Positions 16,672 to 25,492 of a DNA stretch of 35,129 nt are shown piece after piece; position 1 is the stretch's first letter, and every line of letters starts with the position of its first letter. The notes under the pieces were generated by a model that made no database searches, was not told the origin of the DNA, and was given only the letters and a program-made list of their open reading frames with translations. The translations under genes and the position numbers were made by a program. The DNA comes from Pseudomonadota bacterium. Lineage in GTDB: Bacteria; Desulfobacterota; Desulfobacteria; Desulfobacterales; ETH-SRB1. The stretch lies in contig JAHIKR010000064.1 of the NCBI GenBank assembly GCA_018897415.1, forward strand, positions 1 to 35,129. Direction: 5' to 3'.

Positions 16672-17744
16672 ATAAAATGCATATCGCCGATCGCTCAATT
16701 GGAGATGGAGAGCCCACTTATTTCATAGCAGATATTGCGGCCAATCACGATGGGAGTCTGGATAGGGCCAAAAAATTGATCTGTCTGGCAAAGGAAGCCG
16801 GGGCAGATGCAGTAAAATTTCAAAATTTCGAAGCCAGGAAAATAGTCAGCAAACAGGGATTTGAATCGCTGGGTGGTCAAGCATCTCATCAGACTAAGTG
16901 GAAGAAGTCTGTCTTCGAAGTTTATGAGGATGCTTCCATTCCCTCCTCGTGGACTGTAAAACTCTGTGAGTTTTGTAAAGATACGGGGATTCATTATTTT
17001 TCTTCTCCCTATGACTTTGAAGCTGTGGATATGTTAGAACCATTTGTGCCGGCTTATAAGATCGGTTCGGGGGACATTACTTGGCCGGAAATGCTTCGAA
17101 AGATTTCAGCTAAAGGCAAGCCGGTTCTTTTAGCTACGGGAGCTTCGGATATAAATGAAGTGCGTGACGCGGTAAATATCATAAAATGTATCAATCCAAA
17201 TTTGGTTTTGATGCAGTGTAATACAAATTATACGGGGAGCCTGGAAAACTTCAGATACATTAATTTAAATGTTCTTAAAACCTTTAAAGACAAGTTCCCA
17301 GATGTAGTATTGGGTTTATCGGATCATACCCTTGGATATGTAACAGTATTGGGGGCTGTTGCATTGGGGGGGCGGGTAATAGAAAAACATTTCACTGACG
17401 ACATGAGTCGAGAAGGACCGGACCATGTTTTTTCAATGATACCTGAGGCATGGGCAGAAATGGTGCTACGTACACGAGAACTTGAAGATGCACTCGGGGG
17501 AAAGGAAAAGCGGGTGGAAGATAATGAACAGGAAACCGTGATCCTGCAGAGACGATGTCTGCGCGCGAAACAAAATCTGAAAATTGGAACAATTCTTACC
17601 AGACACTTGATTGATGTTTTAAGACCGGCACCGAGAGATGCTATTTCCCCTTATGATGTTGATCGGATGATCGGAATGCGGTTAATGGTTGATTTGCCGG
17701 AAGGCGAATATTTTAAATGGTCATATTTAGAAACGGTAAATTAA
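16668..17744 (+). CDS. NeuB-family nonulosonic acid synthase (PseI/LegI/NeuB/SpsE type)
   Basis: YFIADIAANHDGSLDRAKKLICLAKEAGADAVKFQ, a GLSDHT motif, and a C-terminal SAF-like domain. ATGA overlap with the upstream reductase. Confidence 0.85.
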   Translation: MNKMHIADRSIGDGEPTYFIADIAANHDGSLDRAKKLICLAKEAGADAVKFQNFEARKIVSKQGFESLGGQASHQTKWKKSVFEVYEDASIPSSWTVKLCEFCKDTGIHYFSSPYDFEAVDMLEPFVPAYKIGSGDITWPEMLRKISAKGKPVLLATGASDINEVRDAVNIIKCINPNLVLMQCNTNYTGSLENFRYINLNVLKTFKDKFPDVVLGLSDHTLGYVTVLGAVALGGRVIEKHFTDDMSREGPDHVFSMIPEAWAEMVLRTRELEDALGGKEKRVEDNEQETVILQRRCLRAKQNLKIGTILTRHLIDVLRPAPRDAISPYDVDRMIGMRLMVDLPEGEYFKWSYLETVN

Positions 17745-17747
17745 TCT

Positions 17748-18872
17748 ATGCGAGTCCTCTATTTCAGCAGAGATTATACGACCCACGATAGGCGCTTTCT
17801 TCAAAAACTGGCCCAATCTCGACACGAAATATTTTTTTTACGGTTAGAAAATGACAGTATTGATTATGAATCGCGTCTACTGCCGGATAATATTAATGTG
17901 GTAGAATGGAGTGGTGGGCGCGGACAAGTCAAAACGCAGGAGGAGTGCTTGCGTTTAATGCCTGATTTTTCAGCCGTTCTCGAACAAATTAAGCCCGATC
18001 TCATTCATGCCGGTCCTGTTCAATCCTGTGGATTCATGACTGCTATGAGCGGATTTCATCCTTTTCTTGTGATGTCCTGGGGATCCGATATATTGCTGGA
18101 TGCTGATAGAAATGAATTCTGGCGTTGGATAACAAAATATACTCTCGATCGGTCGGATTTTCTCTTTTGTGACTGCACGGCAGTTAGAAACAAGGTGAAA
18201 GAAATATCAAATTATTCAGGCAAGGCAATCCTTCAGTATTCATGGGGTGTCGATATAAAAGAATTTTCTCCAGGTCCGGATAACTCGAATTTTAAAGATT
18301 CTTTACAGTGGAGCGAGAACTGTATTGTTTTGTCGACCCGGAACTGGGAGCCAATATATGGAATGGATGTGCTCCTCAGGGCTTTTCACAAAGCCTATAC
18401 GAAAAATTCAAACCTCAGGCTTGTCTTATTGGGAAACGGTTCTCAGGAAAATGCAATTTGTAATTTTGTCAAAAAGCATGAACTCGATCATGCCGTTTTT
18501 CTGCCGGGTATATTATCCCACGCTAAACTGCCAGACATCTTCAGGGCTTCGGATGTATATTTAAGCTGTTCGTTCAGTGATGGTTCATCCGTATCACTCT
18601 TAGAGGCGATGGCTACGGGACTTCCTGTCATCGTAACAGACGGAGCTGGCAACAGGGAATGGGTTGTCCCAGGCCAAAATGGATGGTTGGCCCCGCCGGG
18701 CGATTTCGAAACATTTTCTGAATTTTTATATCAAGCTTCAATAATGTCGCACGAGGAACGAGAAAGCATAAGGCAGACGAATCGTAATATCATTGAGAGA
18801 TCAGCTGATTGGAATAAAAATGCATCCAAGCTTTTGGAATTGTATGAAAGAATCGAATCTCAATTTATCTGA
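17748..18872 (+). CDS. Glycosyltransferase, GT4-like (GT-B, Glycos_transf_1)
   Basis: C-terminal E-x7-E region SFSDGSSVSLLEAMATGLPVIVTDGAGNREWV. Starts 3 nt after the NeuB-type gene. Confidence 0.8.
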   Translation: MRVLYFSRDYTTHDRRFLQKLAQSRHEIFFLRLENDSIDYESRLLPDNINVVEWSGGRGQVKTQEECLRLMPDFSAVLEQIKPDLIHAGPVQSCGFMTAMSGFHPFLVMSWGSDILLDADRNEFWRWITKYTLDRSDFLFCDCTAVRNKVKEISNYSGKAILQYSWGVDIKEFSPGPDNSNFKDSLQWSENCIVLSTRNWEPIYGMDVLLRAFHKAYTKNSNLRLVLLGNGSQENAICNFVKKHELDHAVFLPGILSHAKLPDIFRASDVYLSCSFSDGSSVSLLEAMATGLPVIVTDGAGNREWVVPGQNGWLAPPGDFETFSEFLYQASIMSHEERESIRQTNRNIIERSADWNKNASKLLELYERIESQFI

Positions 18873-18899
18873 AAATCAGTCTGTTTCTGAAGGGGAAAA

Positions 18900-20822
18900 A
18901 TGATTATTTGCGTCAATTGCAACGGTAATATCACGACAGAGGAAAGTCCGGTCTATCAGTCCAGGAATGTTTTCGTTTTCAGTAAAGAAGACTATGAAAA
19001 ATTTATACTGGCGGATGAGTCCATTCTTTTTCTTTGGGGGGAGGTTTACGCTATATGCATGCCGAATGGTACTTATATTTCCATTGATCTCAAGACACAC
19101 GAAAGGGATATTGTAAATTTTTTTAGTAATTATTCCATCGATCAGGCAATTGATAAAATTGAGGGTAATTTTGTAGGATTGTTGATCAGGAATGGCGAAA
19201 TCGCCATCTTTGGCGATGAATTTAACAGGAAAGAACTTTTCTATAGAAAAATAAATGATGGAATTATTGCTTCCACAAACTTAAAGGCTGTCATAAAAAC
19301 AATTGATACAATCCGTTATTCCCAGAATGTTCTTGTAAATTTGCTTACCATATATGGGTATTATGCACCTAAAAAGCACACGATTTATAGAGATGTTTAT
19401 CGTCTTGGTGTTGGGGAACGATTACATTTTTCGTTAGGGAGCTTGACCGTAGAGAAAAAACCATTTGAGCCACTTAAGACAGGATCTTTTGGAATTAAAG
19501 AACACAATGAATATGTTGAGATTATGAGGAGCGCTGTTGAAATTCGCGCTTCATCACATTGTAACTGGATATTTATGTCCAGTGGATTTGATTCAAGTTC
19601 TATACTTGCTCTTCTCGTAGAAAAGTATGGGCCAGAAAAGGTGCGGTGTGTTGTAGGACGGATGAAATACTCAGAACGCGCCGGAGTCATCAATCAATTC
19701 GAGCTGGATAGAGCACATAAAATTGCTGAGTATTTTGGAGTACGAATTGATCAGGTGGATTTCGACTTTACAGGGCAAAAATCCGTCGAGTCATGGAAGC
19801 AGACGATTCCTCTCTTAAGAGATCAGCATCTATATGCTTATTCGGCTTATAATTTTTATCATTTGGCAAAATATGTCGCTGACAATGGAAATAGCGATGA
19901 TGCGGTCTTTGTCGGTGCTGTCAGCGATGGGGTTCATAATTTAGGTTTTGCCCAGTTTGCCACGATTCTCGAACATCCTGACATCGGATTTCGAGAATAC
20001 AGCGATAAAATGGCCTCTTATCTTTTCGGGCCAAGCTTTTTTAAGCGAATACTCGAAGGTGATATAGAAAATGATTTTGTGTATCAAATCATGAAGAGTC
20101 GTTCGGACGGAGCTGAGTTTTATAATATTAAGAAGATGGATGAATATGAGAAAAAAATAAAATTTCTTGAGTCTTTCTTCCACCGCAATCGTAGGATACC
20201 ATTCCTCAAACTTAAGAACATTTCTCTGGTTACTCAAGGTGGTGCAGAGTCTTTTGAAAATGAAATGGCAAACATATACTTAAAAGAAGTGGCAGAGAAA
20301 TTGATACCCGAAACAGTCTATTCATGCATACTGTATCTTTACAATAGTTATTTTTGGCAGGGAAGCACAGAGAGGTCAACGAACGCAGGGGCGTTGGATG
20401 TAATGGGCAAGACGATTACTTCTCCTTACTGGGATGGACGATTACATCGCTTCTTGAGTAAAATGCCTGAAGACTGGGGACGTGGGCTTGAACTCCGGCC
20501 AACAAAGTACCCCCTAAAGTGGATGTTGCAGAATGCGGTTGATTATCCCCTTCATCTGCAAACTGGACCTCATTCCTATCTATATGATGTGAATCCACAG
20601 TTTAGCCATACGAGCGAGTTTTTGTTTGGCTCGGCCTTAAAATTTTATTTGCAGGAAATCCTCAAAAACCGTCCTTATGAGGAAATTTTAGAGAGCAGCT
20701 ATTTTAATTTGGAATATATCAATTCAATTGTCGATGAATACGTTGCTGGTAGAGAATTCAGCGGTGCCAAAATGAATGACCTTCTCGCAATCGCAAATCT
20801 TTGCCTGATAGGCTGGTATTGA
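18900..20822 (+). CDS. Asparagine-synthetase-B-like ATP-dependent amidotransferase/amidoligase
   Basis: PP-loop variant IFMSSGFDSSSILALL with an AsnB-like layout over 640 aa. The N-terminus (MIICVNC) lacks the usual Met-Cys nucleophile arrangement. Confidence 0.65.
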   Translation: MIICVNCNGNITTEESPVYQSRNVFVFSKEDYEKFILADESILFLWGEVYAICMPNGTYISIDLKTHERDIVNFFSNYSIDQAIDKIEGNFVGLLIRNGEIAIFGDEFNRKELFYRKINDGIIASTNLKAVIKTIDTIRYSQNVLVNLLTIYGYYAPKKHTIYRDVYRLGVGERLHFSLGSLTVEKKPFEPLKTGSFGIKEHNEYVEIMRSAVEIRASSHCNWIFMSSGFDSSSILALLVEKYGPEKVRCVVGRMKYSERAGVINQFELDRAHKIAEYFGVRIDQVDFDFTGQKSVESWKQTIPLLRDQHLYAYSAYNFYHLAKYVADNGNSDDAVFVGAVSDGVHNLGFAQFATILEHPDIGFREYSDKMASYLFGPSFFKRILEGDIENDFVYQIMKSRSDGAEFYNIKKMDEYEKKIKFLESFFHRNRRIPFLKLKNISLVTQGGAESFENEMANIYLKEVAEKLIPETVYSCILYLYNSYFWQGSTERSTNAGALDVMGKTITSPYWDGRLHRFLSKMPEDWGRGLELRPTKYPLKWMLQNAVDYPLHLQTGPHSYLYDVNPQFSHTSEFLFGSALKFYLQEILKNRPYEEILESSYFNLEYINSIVDEYVAGREFSGAKMNDLLAIANLCLIGWY

Positions 20823-20838
20823 TGATGTTTAGCCTCAG

Positions 20839-22821
20839 ATGAAATTGGATTTTTTGTGCAAGATGAAAAACAAAAGAATCTTTTTTGAGAAAGTATCTTT
20901 TATCCATTATCCTCTCTTATTCTATTATTTATGGAGAGGATATGATATATATGTATTTGATTTTACATATAATATGAAAAAATCCAAATTATTACGATCT
21001 CTTATAAATAGAGAAAAGGTTATACGGATTTATATTAAATCCAGTACAAAAGAACATGGACTCGCAATTGATCAAACAGAAGTCATTTACAACCACCTTA
21101 AAAATGAAAAGATAATACGGATATTATCCGATCTTTATAAAACTACAGAAACGGACTTAGCTTTCAAAAAAATATTATTAAATGAGGTATTTAAACATAT
21201 TTATATAAACCAATATCTAAGCGATGAGGAGAAAGAACAAAAAGATTCTTTTGATATATTCTTTGTTCCTCATAATTACAATTTTTATGGGAAAATAATT
21301 AAAGATTACGGTAATTATAATATGAGGCCACTAAGAAAAATAAAAATAAATAAGTGGTTTTCATATATTTTCCCCTTTGTCGAAAGTTACGATAAACTTA
21401 AATGGCGTTTGGTGGCATTGTTTTATATTTTCCCAAAGATAGCATTGTTGTTCTTAGCAAGATTGTGTGCAGCGAAATCTTCATCGAAAGCCCACTTTAA
21501 GTATGCCATTCCCATAGATCAAATATTTCAGATTAAGTTCAATGGCAAAAGAAGCTTTGATTTTCTATTAGATTATGAAGAGATTAATAAAAAAAATACG
21601 ATTTTTATTCTCAACTATGCAGTTGATAAAGATTGGTTGGCTGAGCAGAAAGAAAAGGGATATTATTTTTTGAACACAAAAAATAATTTTAATATTCATC
21701 AGATGACAAAATTTCATTTGTCGGGCAAGTTATTACGCCTTACTTTTATGAGCCTAGTAAAAATGCTATTTGCAAGCACTTCTCACGTGCCATTTTTAAT
21801 TTGCTTCGTATATGGGATGAACATTTTTATTAAATGGAATATAATTTTTAATCAAATTTCCGCTGAAAATTATGTGTATACAAATCAAGAGGGAGTTGCC
21901 CAAATATTGATCAATATTCTTGTCGCAAAACATGGTGGGGCAACCTGGAATTATTCTTCATTCATTGGCGGAGGATTGCTTTATTCTAGGGACAATGATT
22001 TTAATGATTGCAGACATATCCTTTGGGCTTTTCTTAATAGTGATCACTTTCTGGCGGTAAACCGGGATGTTGTTAAGTATTATAGACTGCATCATCAGAA
22101 AATCCGCAATTATCATATCATAGGCAATATTTATTCTGAGATGGTTCGAGAGGAAATGGGAAAAATTAATAAGAAGGAATTCATTATCCAGTATTATCAT
22201 AGGCATTTTGCCAATAATATGAAAATTGTCGTTTACCTTGATACAACTTTTGTCGATGATGACAATGTATTTACTTCTTATGATGACGCAATAGCATCCT
22301 ATCAAGATATGCTTAGATTGCTCGATGAGCGAGAAGAACTTTTAATGATAGTTAAACCTTCCAAGAATGAGGATTTTTTTATCTCACCTTTAAGACAATG
22401 GTCTTCACCTGAAAAAGGAAAAATAATTATCGGCCTGTGGGAAAGTCTTAAGACTCATGAAAGAGTGTATTGGGCGGGCCACGCAGGTGATCTTCCTAAA
22501 ATTATGGCGATTAGCGACCTCGTTATCACGCATTGTATGTCTTCGCCCACGGTTGAAGCCCTTGGAGCAAGAAAAAAAGCCTTCTGGTATGAATCAGGTG
22601 ATAAGCATAGGGGGCTTGCATATGATAAAATTCCACAATTAGTGATTCATGGATACCATGATTTGAAAAAAAGAATTGAATATCTTTTATATGAAATTAA
22701 TGATGATGAATATGATGAATATTTGAACAAAAATATTAAATCCAAGATTGAATACCAACTTGATGGATTAGCTTTAACAAGATTTCGAAAGTTAATCTGC
22801 GCTGAAAAGAATAATCATTAA
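20839..22821 (+). CDS. Large orphan protein with a GT-B-like C-terminal half (candidate acidic-sugar transferase)
   Basis: 660 aa, very AT-rich and Lys/Asn/Ile/Tyr-rich, with a few hydrophobic segments. The C-terminal pattern is LMIVKPSK ... ISDLVITHCMSSPTVEALGARKKAFWYE. Confidence 0.55.
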   Translation: MKLDFLCKMKNKRIFFEKVSFIHYPLLFYYLWRGYDIYVFDFTYNMKKSKLLRSLINREKVIRIYIKSSTKEHGLAIDQTEVIYNHLKNEKIIRILSDLYKTTETDLAFKKILLNEVFKHIYINQYLSDEEKEQKDSFDIFFVPHNYNFYGKIIKDYGNYNMRPLRKIKINKWFSYIFPFVESYDKLKWRLVALFYIFPKIALLFLARLCAAKSSSKAHFKYAIPIDQIFQIKFNGKRSFDFLLDYEEINKKNTIFILNYAVDKDWLAEQKEKGYYFLNTKNNFNIHQMTKFHLSGKLLRLTFMSLVKMLFASTSHVPFLICFVYGMNIFIKWNIIFNQISAENYVYTNQEGVAQILINILVAKHGGATWNYSSFIGGGLLYSRDNDFNDCRHILWAFLNSDHFLAVNRDVVKYYRLHHQKIRNYHIIGNIYSEMVREEMGKINKKEFIIQYYHRHFANNMKIVVYLDTTFVDDDNVFTSYDDAIASYQDMLRLLDEREELLMIVKPSKNEDFFISPLRQWSSPEKGKIIIGLWESLKTHERVYWAGHAGDLPKIMAISDLVITHCMSSPTVEALGARKKAFWYESGDKHRGLAYDKIPQLVIHGYHDLKKRIEYLLYEINDDEYDEYLNKNIKSKIEYQLDGLALTRFRKLICAEKNNH

Positions 22822-22839
22822 TAAAGAAATATCTTAATA

Positions 22840-24324
22840 GTGGCAACTAAAGAACAGCAGATAAAAAACAGTTTTATCTATCTATTGCCCATCATAATTA
22901 GTAATCTACTCCCTTTTATTACATTGCCGATATTTACCAGAATCCTTACCAGGGAAGATTACGGGGTTTTGGCGTTAGCTCAGGTATATGCAATTTTTGT
23001 GACCGGTTTGGCAAATTTCGGAATGACCGTGTCTTACGACCGAAACTATTTTCAATATCGAGATAATCGCGTAGAAACGGCGAAATTATTATATTCCACT
23101 CTCCTCTTTGTAATGTTGAATTTTCTTTTTCTCGCTGGTTTGACTTATTTATTCAAGGGAACTCTCTCAAAGCTCATTATAGGATCTGCTGAACATGCGA
23201 ACATTATGTTCTGGGCGTTTTGTGCACAGTTTTTCAGTAGCGTGAGCTATTACTACTTGGCTTATTTTAAAAACTCCGAATCAGCAAAAAAGTTTGTTGT
23301 TTATACAATCACAGGTAGTCTTATTGCCATTATCATTTCTCTTTATCTGGTAGTTTATCTGCGTATCGGTGTTATTGGAATTGTATATGCGCAGTTGTGC
23401 TCTGGAACCTTAGTTTTTGCTATATTAACTTATAAATTTACAAATATTTTTTCCATTACATTTAGCAAACCGATATTTGTTGAGTCGCTGAAAATAAGTT
23501 ATCCCTTAACACCCAGGATATTTTTGGGTGTTATAGGCTCACAATTTGATAAATACATGATCGGTTTGTTGGCCTCAGTCGGGGGGGTCGGAATATATAG
23601 TATTGGTCAGAAAGTAGCATATGTTACATTTAGTTATATGACGGCGTTGGAAAACGTCTATGCGCCGCAGGTATATAAAAAAATGTTTGATCTTGGGGAT
23701 AAGGGCGGTGAAGCAGTGGGACCGTACCTTACTCCGTTTTTTTATATATCAATTTTGGTTGCGCTGATGATTTCCTTATTTTCTCAAGAGGTTATTACAA
23801 TTTTGACTCCAAGCTCGTATCATGAAGCCATAGATATAGTTACAGTTTTATCTATGCTATATGGGTCGTATTTTTTCGGAAAACAGCCTCAGCTTATCTT
23901 TGCAAAGAAAACATGGATGACCTCTGCTCTTACTCTGGTAAATATTACTCTCAACATTGCGATAAATATCCCGTTCATTATAAAATGGGGAGCCATTGGC
24001 GCTGCCTGGGCTACGCTTACCGCAGGAGTGATCTCCTGTTCGATTTCCTTTGCTATTTCGCAGCACTACTACCGAATCAGGTGGGAGTATGGAAATCTGG
24101 CATACATCTTCTTGACCTTTTTTGGATTTTCAATCCTTATTATATTATTGAGGGACATGAATGCCGCATACTCGGTGCTTTTGGGTGTGAAGATAATTGC
24201 TGTTATGATTTATGTCTTGATCGGTGTAAAAATAAGAGTGATTACTATGAAAAACTGGATGCTCGTGAAGGATATGCTTTTCAACTTAAAGACACGTTCG
24301 CTATTGGGAAATTCTCAATCTTGA
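22840..24324 (+). CDS. wzx: Wzx-type oligosaccharide flippase (MOP superfamily polysaccharide biosynthesis protein)
   Basis: 494 aa with about 12-14 hydrophobic helices and a Wzx-like N-terminus (SFIYLLPIIISNLLPFITLPIFTRILTREDYG). GTG start. Confidence 0.75.
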   Translation: MATKEQQIKNSFIYLLPIIISNLLPFITLPIFTRILTREDYGVLALAQVYAIFVTGLANFGMTVSYDRNYFQYRDNRVETAKLLYSTLLFVMLNFLFLAGLTYLFKGTLSKLIIGSAEHANIMFWAFCAQFFSSVSYYYLAYFKNSESAKKFVVYTITGSLIAIIISLYLVVYLRIGVIGIVYAQLCSGTLVFAILTYKFTNIFSITFSKPIFVESLKISYPLTPRIFLGVIGSQFDKYMIGLLASVGGVGIYSIGQKVAYVTFSYMTALENVYAPQVYKKMFDLGDKGGEAVGPYLTPFFYISILVALMISLFSQEVITILTPSSYHEAIDIVTVLSMLYGSYFFGKQPQLIFAKKTWMTSALTLVNITLNIAINIPFIIKWGAIGAAWATLTAGVISCSISFAISQHYYRIRWEYGNLAYIFLTFFGFSILIILLRDMNAAYSVLLGVKIIAVMIYVLIGVKIRVITMKNWMLVKDMLFNLKTRSLLGNSQS

Positions 24325-24355
24325 GCTAATGGGATTGCTGATGAGTTCTGTTGTG
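24285..24355 (+). repeat. Direct repeat copy 1 (wzx 3' end plus the decayed start of the downstream gene)
   Basis: About 90% identical by eye to 26102-26175. The exact core cgctattgggaaattctcaatcttgag is at 24299-24325 and 26119-26145. Confidence 0.85.
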
Positions 24356-24417
24356 GAAGTAAAACGATTCTTTGAAGCCAGAATGGAGTAACATCGTAAG
24401 ACAGAAAGGGATTTATT

Positions 24418-25437
24418 GTGGATATGAATTGTAGAATATTAGCCACGTTGGGGCCGAGTTCATTGCGGCAGGATATTATCTCGCAGATTGAGAATGAATA
24501 TTTATATCTTTTTCGCATTAATCTATCACATACACCAATCGATTCATTAGCGGATATCATAAGCAAAATTCAAAGCTACACCGAAATTCCTATCTGCTTG
24601 GATTCCGAGGGAGCACAGATTCGGAATCAATCGGTGACCAATGGAAAAATATTCCTTCATAAGGATGACGCAATAAAAATCCATTTCAATGAAATTCTGG
24701 GGGATTCAAAGAATCTATCTTTTACACCTCCTAATATAGCCGAGCAGCTAACTGTGGGTGACGAGATGAGTATTGACTTCAATTCAACTCGCATCAAGAT
24801 CATTGAGAAACACATGAAATACTGTAAGGCTAAGGTAGAACATGGGGGGAAGGTTGGTAGTAACAAGGCTGCCACCCTGAACAGGGAAATTGATATGGAA
24901 GCGATTACTTCCAAAGATAAGAAGGCAATCACGATTGCGAAAGAAATGGGGATCAAATATTTTGCTTTGTCTTTTGCCGGATCAAGTGAAGACGTCAAAA
25001 CGATGCGTGAACTCGCAGGAAGAGATGCGACCATCATTTCAAAAATTGAGAGCAAGAAAGGTGTTCTTAACCTCAATGATATAATAGATGCAAGTGACGA
25101 AATTCTTATTGACCGAGGTGATTTATCCAGAGAGATTAATCTTGAGAAGATTCCATTTCTACAAAGGAGAATAATTGCAATGGCAAGATCAAAAAAAGTG
25201 CCTGTATATGTTGCCACAAATCTCCTCGAGTCAATGGTAAAAGTGCCGGAGCCCACAAGGGCGGAAATTAATGATGTGGTAAGTACATTGTTAATGGGTG
25301 CAAATGGATTGGTTCTAGCCGCTGAAACCGCCATAGGAAAATATCCTGTAAAAGCTGCAAAGATGATTAAAAAGCTCATAAGCCAAACAGAAAAGTGGAC
25401 ATCAAATACCAGTATTACAGAATTACTAGAGAGTTGA
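24418..25437 (+). CDS. Pyruvate-kinase-like enzyme lacking the C-terminal regulatory domain
   Basis: ILATLGPSS...FRINLSHT, DSEGAQIR, KIESKKG, IDRGDLSREI and PTRAEINDVVSTLLMGANGLVLAAETAIGKYPVKA match the pyruvate kinase barrel motifs. It is only 339 aa. The likely true start is the ATG at 24424 (MNCRIL). Confidence 0.75.
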   Translation: MDMNCRILATLGPSSLRQDIISQIENEYLYLFRINLSHTPIDSLADIISKIQSYTEIPICLDSEGAQIRNQSVTNGKIFLHKDDAIKIHFNEILGDSKNLSFTPPNIAEQLTVGDEMSIDFNSTRIKIIEKHMKYCKAKVEHGGKVGSNKAATLNREIDMEAITSKDKKAITIAKEMGIKYFALSFAGSSEDVKTMRELAGRDATIISKIESKKGVLNLNDIIDASDEILIDRGDLSREINLEKIPFLQRRIIAMARSKKVPVYVATNLLESMVKVPEPTRAEINDVVSTLLMGANGLVLAAETAIGKYPVKAAKMIKKLISQTEKWTSNTSITELLES

Positions 25438-25492
25438 CAAAAATAGGCAATATCAACAGTTTTTAAGAAGAACTAACTATAGGTTAATAACT

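Noticed and set aside
23913-24329. 138-aa + strand ORF in an alternative frame inside wzx
   Set aside because: It is fully nested in the flippase gene and Cys/Tyr-rich in a way unlike real proteins. There is no independent start signal.
24657-25379. 240-aa minus-strand ORF, the longest antisense ORF in the window
   Set aside because: It lies entirely antisense to the pyruvate-kinase-like gene, whose + strand translation carries clear family motifs. The minus-strand product is low-complexity (Ser/Ile/Leu/Phe-rich) with no motif or RBS. It is a typical shadow ORF in AT-rich DNA.
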